Origin: Escherichia coli
GTDB lineage: Bacteria; Pseudomonadota; Gammaproteobacteria; Enterobacterales; Enterobacteriaceae
Length of the DNA: 64,000 nucleotides
NCBI RefSeq assembly: GCF_003334315.1
Contig: NZ_QOWR01000022.1
Direction: 5' to 3' (one strand)
The translations under genes and the position numbers were made by a program. Of the stretch, positions 59,917 through 64,000 are shown one piece after another; the first letter of the stretch is position 1, and the number at the start of each line of letters is the position of its first letter. The notes under the pieces were generated by a model, which worked only from the letters and a program-made list of their open reading frames with translations, ran no database searches and was not told the DNA's origin.

Positions 59917-61743
59917 ATGCATTATATGAAGTGGATTTATCCACGCCGCTTACGCAATCAAATGATCCTGATGGCAATCCTGATGGTCATTGTCCCAACG
60001 CTTACTATTGGTTATATCGTAGAAACGGAAGGACGTTCAGCAGTCTTATCTGAAAAAGAGAAAAAACTTTCTGCCGTGGTCAACCTGCTTAATCAGGCGC
60101 TAGGCAATCGCTACGATCTCTACATCGACTTACCGCGTGAGGAGCGTATCCGCGCATTAAATGCAGAACTTGCCCCCATTACCGAAAATATCACTCACGC
60201 CTTCCCTGGCATCGGCGCTGGTTATTACAACAAAACGCTGGATGCGATAATCACCTACGCGCCTTCAGCGCTATATCAGAATAATGTCGGCGTTACCATT
60301 GCCGCAGATCACCCTGGTCGCGAAGTCATGCGTACAAATACCCCTTTGGTTTATTCAGGCAGGCAGGTGCGCGGCGATATTTTGAATTCAATGATCCCCA
60401 TTGAGCGTAATGGTGAAATCCTCGGCTATATCTGGGCCAATGAATTAACCGAAGATATTCGCCGCCAGGCCTGGAAAATGGATGTGAGGATTATCATTGT
60501 GCTCACCGCCGGTTTGCTGATAAGCCTGCTGTTGATTGTCCTTTTCTCCCGTCGCCTGAGCGCCAATATTGATATCATCACCGATGGCCTCTCGACTCTG
60601 GCACAAAATATTCCCACTCGATTACCACAATTGCCCGGTGAAATGGGGCAAATCAGTCAGAGTGTTAATAACCTCGCCCAGGCACTGCGTGAAACGCGGA
60701 CACTTAACGATCTGATTATTGAAAACGCTGCCGATGGCGTCATTGCCATTGACCGCCAGGGTGATGTAACCACCATGAACCCGGCAGCAGAAGTTATCAC
60801 TGGCTATCAACGCCATGAACTGGTAGGGCAGCCTTACTCCATGTTGTTCGACAATACTCAGTTCTACAGTCCAGTACTGGATACGCTGGAACATGGCACC
60901 GAACATGTGGCGCTGGAGATCAGTTTTCCAGGTCGTGACCGCACCATTGAACTCAGTGTCACTACCAGTCGTATTCATAACACGCACGGTGAAATGATAG
61001 GTGCTTTGGTGATTTTCTCTGATTTAACTGCCCGCAAAGAAACCCAGCGCCGCATGGCGCAAGCAGAACGCCTCGCCACACTGGGTGAGCTGATGGCTGG
61101 CGTCGCGCATGAAGTACGTAATCCGTTAACGGCTATTCGTGGTTATGTACAGATCTTGCGCCAACAAACCAGTGACCCAATACATCAGGAATATCTGTCC
61201 GTAGTACTCAAAGAAATCGATTCAATTAACAAAGTTATTCAGCAATTGCTCGAATTTTCACGTCCACGCCACAGTCAATGGCAACAAGTCAGCCTCAATG
61301 CATTGGTTGAAGAAACTCTGGTACTGGTACAAACCGCCGGCGTACAAGCGCGGGTCGACTTCATAAGCGAACTGGATAATGAATTAAGCCCGATTAACGC
61401 CGATCGTGAACTGCTCAAACAGGTACTACTGAATATCCTGATCAATGCCGTCCAGGCTATCAGCGCACGAGGGAAAATTCGCATTCAAACCTGGCAATAC
61501 AGCGACTCACAACAGGCCATTTCGATAGAGGACAACGGCTATGGCATTGATCTCTCGCTGCAAAAAAAGATCTTCGATCCCTTTTTCACCACCAAAGCCT
61601 CAGGAACCGGGCTTGGTCTGGCGTTAAGTCAACGCATCATTAATGCCCATCAGGGTGATATTCGCGTCGCCAGTTTGCCGGGCTACGGCGCAACCTTCAC
61701 GCTTATTTTACCGATCAACCCGCAGGGAAATCAGACTGTATGA
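59917..61743 (+). CDS. atoS: Sensor histidine kinase AtoS
   Basis: 608-aa product starting MHYMKWIYPRRLRN...; HAMP, PAS and HisKA (AHEVRNPL) domains. Confidence 0.93.
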   Translation: MHYMKWIYPRRLRNQMILMAILMVIVPTLTIGYIVETEGRSAVLSEKEKKLSAVVNLLNQALGNRYDLYIDLPREERIRALNAELAPITENITHAFPGIGAGYYNKTLDAIITYAPSALYQNNVGVTIAADHPGREVMRTNTPLVYSGRQVRGDILNSMIPIERNGEILGYIWANELTEDIRRQAWKMDVRIIIVLTAGLLISLLLIVLFSRRLSANIDIITDGLSTLAQNIPTRLPQLPGEMGQISQSVNNLAQALRETRTLNDLIIENAADGVIAIDRQGDVTTMNPAAEVITGYQRHELVGQPYSMLFDNTQFYSPVLDTLEHGTEHVALEISFPGRDRTIELSVTTSRIHNTHGEMIGALVIFSDLTARKETQRRMAQAERLATLGELMAGVAHEVRNPLTAIRGYVQILRQQTSDPIHQEYLSVVLKEIDSINKVIQQLLEFSRPRHSQWQQVSLNALVEETLVLVQTAGVQARVDFISELDNELSPINADRELLKQVLLNILINAVQAISARGKIRIQTWQYSDSQQAISIEDNGYGIDLSLQKKIFDPFFTTKASGTGLGLALSQRIINAHQGDIRVASLPGYGATFTLILPINPQGNQTV

Positions 61744-63125
61744 CTGCTATTAATCGCATCCTTATTGTGGATGATGAAGATAATGTTCGCCGTATGCTGA
61801 GCACCGCTTTTGCACTACAAGGATTCGAAACACATTGTGCGAACAACGGACGCACAGCATTACACCTGTTTGCCGATATTCACCCTGATGTGGTGTTGAT
61901 GGATATCCGCATGCCAGAGATGGACGGCATCAAGGCACTAAAGGAGATGCGCAGCCATGAGACCCGGACACCCGTTATTCTGATGACGGCCTATGCGGAA
62001 GTGGAAACCGCCGTCGAAGCGCTACGCTGCGGAGCCTTCGACTATGTTATTAAACCGTTTGATCTCGATGAGTTGAATTTAATCGTTCAGCGCGCTTTAC
62101 AACTCCAGTCAATGAAAAAAGAGATCCGTCATCTGCACCAGGCACTGAGCACCAGCTGGCAATGGGGGCACATTCTCACCAACAGCCCGGCGATGATGGA
62201 CATCTGCAAAGACACCGCCAAAATTGCCCTTTCTCAGGCCAGCGTCTTGATTAGCGGTGAAAGCGGCACCGGGAAAGAGTTGATTGCCAGAGCGATTCAC
62301 TACAATTCGCGGCGGGTAAAGGGGCCGTTCATTAAAGTCAACTGCGCGGCGCTGCCGGAATCGTTGCTCGAAAGTGAACTGTTTGGTCATGAAAAAGGTG
62401 CATTTACTGGTGCACAAACCTTGCGTCAGGGATTATTTGAACGAGCCAACGAAGGTACTCTGCTCCTCGACGAAATTGGCGAAATGCCGCTGGTACTACA
62501 AGCCAAATTACTACGCATTCTACAGGAACGGGAATTTGAACGGATTGGCGGCCATCAGACCATAAAAGTTGATATCCGCATCATTGCTGCCACCAACCGC
62601 GACTTGCAGGCAATGGTAAAAGAAGGCACCTTCCGTGAAGATCTCTTTTATCGCCTTAACGTTATTCATTTAATACTGCCGCCTCTGCGCGATCGCCGGG
62701 AAGATATTTCCCTGTTAGCTAATCACTTTTTGCAAAAATTCAGTAGTGAGAATCAGCGCGATATTATCGACATCGATCCGATGGCAATGTCACTGCTTAC
62801 CGCCTGGTCATGGCCGGGAAATATTCGAGAGCTTTCCAACGTTATTGAACGCGCCGTCGTGATGAATTCAGGCCCGATCATTTTTTCTGAGGATCTTCCG
62901 CCACAGATTCGTCAGCCAGTCTGTAATGCTGGCGAGGTAAAAACAGCCCCTGTCGGTGAGCGTAATTTAAAAGAGGAAATTAAACGCGTCGAAAAACGCA
63001 TCATTATGGAAGTGCTGGAACAACAAGAAGGAAACCGAACCCGCACTGCTTTAATGCTGGGCATCAGTCGCCGTGCATTGATGTATAAACTCCAGGAATA
63101 CGGTATCGATCCGGCGGATGTATAA
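61740..63125 (+). CDS. atoC: Sigma-54-dependent response regulator AtoC (NtrC family)
   Basis: 461-aa ORF with receiver domain, AAA+ domain (GESGTGKE, GAFTGA) and C-terminal HTH. Confidence 0.95.
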   Translation: MTAINRILIVDDEDNVRRMLSTAFALQGFETHCANNGRTALHLFADIHPDVVLMDIRMPEMDGIKALKEMRSHETRTPVILMTAYAEVETAVEALRCGAFDYVIKPFDLDELNLIVQRALQLQSMKKEIRHLHQALSTSWQWGHILTNSPAMMDICKDTAKIALSQASVLISGESGTGKELIARAIHYNSRRVKGPFIKVNCAALPESLLESELFGHEKGAFTGAQTLRQGLFERANEGTLLLDEIGEMPLVLQAKLLRILQEREFERIGGHQTIKVDIRIIAATNRDLQAMVKEGTFREDLFYRLNVIHLILPPLRDRREDISLLANHFLQKFSSENQRDIIDIDPMAMSLLTAWSWPGNIRELSNVIERAVVMNSGPIIFSEDLPPQIRQPVCNAGEVKTAPVGERNLKEEIKRVEKRIIMEVLEQQEGNRTRTALMLGISRRALMYKLQEYGIDPADV

Positions 63126-63136
63126 CACCAAAACTT

Positions 63137-63177
63137 GCTATGCAGAAATTTGCACAGTGCGCAATTTTCTGCATAGC
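63137..63177. promoter_or_regulatory. AtoC upstream activator site (near-perfect 20-bp inverted repeat)
   Basis: GCTATGCAGAAATTTGCACA | GTGCGCAATTTTCTGCATAGC, upstream of the sigma-54 promoter. Confidence 0.7.
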
Positions 63178-63259
63178 CGCTCATTCTCCTTATAACCCCC
63201 CATCCAATTTATCCCTTCATATTCAATTAGTTAAATAACTAAATCCAATAATCTCATTC

Positions 63260-63275
63260 TGGCACTCCCCTTGCT
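63260..63275 (+). promoter_or_regulatory. Sigma-54 (-24/-12) promoter of atoDAEB
   Basis: TGGCAC-N5-TTGCT (tggcactccccttgct) about 45 bp upstream of the atoD start. Confidence 0.75.
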
Positions 63276-63320
63276 ATTGCCTGACTGTACCCACAACGGT
63301 GTATGCAAGAGGGATAAAAA

Positions 63321-63983
63321 ATGAAAACAAAATTGATGACATTACAAGACGCCACCGGCTTCTTTCGTGACGGCATGACCATCATGGTGGGCGGATTTAT
63401 GGGGATTGGCACTCCATCCCGCCTGGTTGAAGCATTACTGGAATCTGGTGTTCGCGACCTGACATTGATAGCCAATGATACCGCGTTTGTTGATACCGGC
63501 ATCGGTCCGCTCATCGTCAATGGTCGAGTCCGCAAAGTGATTGCTTCACATATCGGCACCAACCCGGAAACAGGTCGGCGCATGATATCTGGTGAGATGG
63601 ACGTCGTTCTGGTGCCGCAAGGTACGCTAATCGAGCAAATTCGCTGTGGTGGAGCTGGACTTGGTGGTTTTCTCACCCCAACGGGTGTCGGCACCGTCGT
63701 AGAGGAAGGCAAACAGACACTGACACTCGACGGTAAAACCTGGCTGCTCGAACGCCCACTGCGCGCCGACCTGGCGCTAATTCGCGCTCATCGTTGCGAC
63801 ACACTTGGCAACCTGACCTATCAACTTAGCGCCCGCAACTTTAACCCCCTGATAGCCCTTGCAGCTGATATCACGCTGGTAGAGCCAGATGAACTGGTCG
63901 AAACCGGCGAGCTGCAACCTGACCATATTGTCACCCCTGGTGCCGTTATCGACCACATCATCGTTTCACAGGAGAGCAAATAA
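63321..63983 (+). CDS. atoD: Acetate CoA-transferase subunit alpha
   Basis: 220-aa [35 protein letters not shown]... Confidence 0.95.
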   Translation: MKTKLMTLQDATGFFRDGMTIMVGGFMGIGTPSRLVEALLESGVRDLTLIANDTAFVDTGIGPLIVNGRVRKVIASHIGTNPETGRRMISGEMDVVLVPQGTLIEQIRCGGAGLGGFLTPTGVGTVVEEGKQTLTLDGKTWLLERPLRADLALIRAHRCDTLGNLTYQLSARNFNPLIALAADITLVEPDELVETGELQPDHIVTPGAVIDHIIVSQESK

Positions 63984-64000
63984 TGGATGCGAAACAACGT
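63984..64000 (+). CDS. atoA: Acetate CoA-transferase subunit beta, first 5 codons only (runs off the window)
   Basis: ATGGATGCGAAACAACGT immediately after the atoD stop; expected by synteny. Confidence 0.6.

Overview
This window reads as conserved Escherichia coli (or Shigella) chromosomal backbone, collinear with the K-12 interval psuK – fruBKA – setB – yeiWPQR – lpxT – mepS – pdeN – yejABEF – yejG – bcr – rsuA – radD – rplY – ndpA – yejLM – proL – yejO – narP – ccmHGFEDCBA – napCBHGADF – eco – mqo – yojI – alkB – ada – apbE – ompC – micF – rcsDBC – atoSCD(A). All gene identifications are from reading the ORF translations and recalling the known proteins; no database search was run. Almost every large ORF is accounted for by a well-known gene, and I do not see a convincing previously undescribed system. 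The strain-specific features worth a second look are: (1) an IS1 element at the left edge that truncates psuK, (2) an uninterrupted 863-aa yejO autotransporter with no insertion sequence between it and narP, (3) a divergent, longer ompC allele (376 aa), and (4) a tandem array of about four 113-bp REP/BIME units between eco and mqo. Regulatory sites readable directly in the sequence include Cra operators at fruB, a NarL/NarP 7-2-7 palindrome upstream of napF, OmpR boxes upstream of ompC, and an AtoC palindrome plus sigma-54 promoter upstream of atoD. Several start codons were moved inward from the longest-ORF track to match the expected protein N-termini.
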